Below are positions 46,622 through 48,452 of a DNA stretch of 48,452 nt, piece after piece (the stretch's first letter is position 1; every line of letters begins with the position of its first letter). Source of the stretch: Deltaproteobacteria bacterium (GTDB lineage Bacteria > Desulfobacterota > Binatia > Binatales > Binataceae); contig JAJYVB010000001.1 in NCBI GenBank assembly GCA_021792265.1, forward strand, positions 1 through 48,452, read 5' to 3'. Under the pieces are notes generated by a model. The model was not told the DNA's origin. It ran no database searches and saw nothing but the letters and a program-made list of their open reading frames with translations. Made by a program: the position numbers and the translations under genes.

Positions 46622-47071
46622 ATGGGTTCGCGAGCCGCGAGTCGGCGGATTGAACGTGACGTGCTTTCAAGGCTCCGAGGCCAATCGCTCGTCGAGTTCG
46701 CCCTTATTCTGACCCTCGTATTGCTGGTCATTCTGTTGGCTATTCAGTTTGCGTTGATCGGCGAGGCGGCGTTGGCGCTGGGGCAGATGAACTATCAGGG
46801 GGCGCGGTACGCGGCGGTCAATCCGAACGCGGACCAGACGGCAGTGACGAGTTACATGGTCTCGGTGGGGTCGCCGACGGTGACCACGAACAACGGCGCC
46901 AACCTGACGGTCACGCTCACGCCGAACACGGCGCGGACCTTCGGGCAGCCGGTGACAGTGTCGGTGGTGTTCAACGCGGCCTCGCTGGTGGTGCTGCCCA
47001 ATCCGTTTTTCGGGATCAGCTTTCCCACTCAGTTGCAGAGCACCGAAACGGCGATGACCGAGGGGGAATGA
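46622..47071 (+). CDS. TadE/TadG-like pseudopilin family protein
   Basis: RGQSLVEFALILTLVLLVILLAIQFAL is the TadE-like N-terminal motif. ATG 46622 chosen, because the longer track ORF has an implausible N-terminus. Confidence 0.75.
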   Translation: MGSRAASRRIERDVLSRLRGQSLVEFALILTLVLLVILLAIQFALIGEAALALGQMNYQGARYAAVNPNADQTAVTSYMVSVGSPTVTTNNGANLTVTLTPNTARTFGQPVTVSVVFNAASLVVLPNPFFGISFPTQLQSTETAMTEGE

Positions 47072-47096
47072 GCTGTCGGAGTGATGGGTAGCGGCG

Positions 47097-48158
47097 ATGA
47101 AACGACCGGTGGTGTTTGTGGGATTGGCGGGGTTTGCGGCACTGATGGCGGCGTTGGTGGTGTACTCGGCGCTGAGGCGGCGGGAGACGGAACTGGCGAA
47201 GGCGCGGGCGCAGACGGTGGAGATTGCGGTGGCGGCGCGGACGCTGGGGCTGGGGGCGAAGCTGGAGCCGGGCGACGTGCGGATGACGCGCTGGGCGCGC
47301 GACAGCGTGCCGCCCGGGGCGTACTACAGCGTGGCGGCGGTGGCGGGGAGTTTCACCAAGCGCAGCTTCGTGGAGAACGAGCCGCTGGTGGCGGACCAGT
47401 TGTTTACGGGGCAGAAGAGCGCGGGAGTGATGCCGCTGTTGATACCGCCGGGGATGCGGGCGATGTCGGTGCCGGTGGACGAGGTGAGCGACATTGCGGG
47501 GTTTGTGTTGCCGCATGCGCGGGTGGACGTGCTGGTGGCGCTGTCAGGGGGGAGCGGGGGCGAGAAGCCGTTTTCGAAGATTGTGTTGCAGGACGTGGCG
47601 GTGTTGGCGGTGGCGCAGGAGATCGAGCAGCAGCAGGACAAGCCGCAGCTGGTCAAGGTGGTGACGCTGTTGGTGACGCCGCGGGAGGCGGAGCGGCTGG
47701 CGCTGGCGAGCCGGGAAGGGACGTTGCGGCTGGCGATGCGCAACTACAACGACCAGCAGGTGGTGGTGACGAGCGGGGTGGACGTGGCGGGGTTGCTGCA
47801 CGGGGGGCTGGGGACGGCACCGGGGACGATACGCAGCCAGCAGGGGCGGCGTCTGGCGCGTGCGGCGGTCAAGCCCCGGACGGTGGCGGTGGAGGTGCTG
47901 CGCGACGGCAAGTCGGCGGAGTCGGTCTCGTTCACGAAGAATCCCGGGGCGGGGGTGGCGCCACCGCTGTGGCTGCCGGTAGCGCCCAAGCAGGCCACCC
48001 CCGCCAAGGCGCCCGGGCAGGCGCGGGGCGGCGCGCCGGCACCGCTGGCCGCGTCGTCGGCGCCGGCTCCTGCCAAGCCGGTGGCCATGGCTTCTTCCCC
48101 GCCGGCTGCCGAGACCGCCTTCAACGGCCCCAACGCCAAGACGATCGACGTGCCGTAG
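47097..48158 (+). CDS. cpaB: Flp pilus assembly protein CpaB/RcpC
   Basis: N-terminal TM anchor, SAF-like region (VAARTLGLGAKLEPGDV) and RcpC-type beta domain, with a Pro/Ala-rich tail. Confidence 0.88.
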   Translation: MKRPVVFVGLAGFAALMAALVVYSALRRRETELAKARAQTVEIAVAARTLGLGAKLEPGDVRMTRWARDSVPPGAYYSVAAVAGSFTKRSFVENEPLVADQLFTGQKSAGVMPLLIPPGMRAMSVPVDEVSDIAGFVLPHARVDVLVALSGGSGGEKPFSKIVLQDVAVLAVAQEIEQQQDKPQLVKVVTLLVTPREAERLALASREGTLRLAMRNYNDQQVVVTSGVDVAGLLHGGLGTAPGTIRSQQGRRLARAAVKPRTVAVEVLRDGKSAESVSFTKNPGAGVAPPLWLPVAPKQATPAKAPGQARGGAPAPLAASSAPAPAKPVAMASSPPAAETAFNGPNAKTIDVP

Positions 48159-48226
48159 GGGTCCAGGGGCGGGGGAACGGACAGCAGCCTGATGGGTATG
48201 ACGGGTGGGGATGAGGTGACGAGGTA

Positions 48227-48452
48227 ATGACAATGACGACACAGCGGGGATGTGTGTTGCTGGCATGGCTTCTGGCGGCGCTGGGGCTGCTGATGGCGCA
48301 GGTGGCGTTGGTGGATGCCAGCAGCGAGACGCCTGCGGTGCAGATACCTGTAGCGCTGACGGCGGGGGAGAACTACGTCATCACGGGGTTGAGCAAGAGC
48401 GCGACGCCGGCGGTGCGGATTCTCAACAATCCGCACGCGCTGGTGGTCAACG
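48227..48452 (+). CDS. cpaC: CpaC/RcpA secretin, N-terminal part (partial, runs off the window)
   Basis: Signal peptide MTMTTQRGCVLLAWLLAALGLLMAQVA, then the pilus-formation N-terminal motif (LTAGENYVITGL...VRILNNPHALVVN). Positioned after cpaB. Confidence 0.7.
   Translation, partial: MTMTTQRGCVLLAWLLAALGLLMAQVALVDASSETPAVQIPVALTAGENYVITGLSKSATPAVRILNNPHALVVN

Noticed and set aside
47081-48214. 377-aa Gly/Ala/Arg-rich plus-strand ORF, and the minus-strand ORFs 47544..48266 and 47744..48436
   Set aside because: These are alternative frames of cpaB, which has the expected TM anchor and domain pattern and the expected position in a Tad locus. Their extreme low-complexity composition marks them as GC-driven artefacts.

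Overview
High-GC (visibly >60%) bacterial chromosomal window, mostly housekeeping and central metabolism. The taxon cannot be fixed from sequence alone. F420-type LLM, P450, large NAD-GDH and Tad pilus genes fit a deltaproteobacterial, Binatota or Rokubacteria-like soil lineage. Confident genes: GT2 glycosyltransferase, nitroreductase, glnA, a Memo-family protein, RumA-type rRNA methyltransferase, 1584-aa NAD-glutamate dehydrogenase, nagA, MaoC dehydratase, LLM oxidoreductase, a coupled enoyl-CoA hydratase/P450/MFS/DUF192 operon, an OYE-type reductase with etfA-etfB, CocE hydrolase, tRNA-Ala(GGC), recN, nadK, nfo, trpS, GST, carbamoyltransferase, a three-gene succinate dehydrogenase, a BNR-repeat protein and the start of a Tad/Flp pilus locus. 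Most interesting: a MerB-like (alkylmercury lyase family) gene that the ORF track splits in two. It is one reading frame with an in-frame UGA at the catalytic-Cys position, followed by a SECIS-like hairpin, so it is a candidate selenoprotein. Other items: an EthD gene with an in-frame amber codon; a Memo protein fused to a PqqD-like domain next to a small orphan ORF; a degraded tRNA-Ala island with an integrase remnant and an orphan HEPN-like gene; a ~106-bp double-hairpin repeat present twice; an anmK remnant; a hidden DUF5989 mini-ORF; two sigma-54-type promoters. No rRNA, CRISPR or intact transposon seen.
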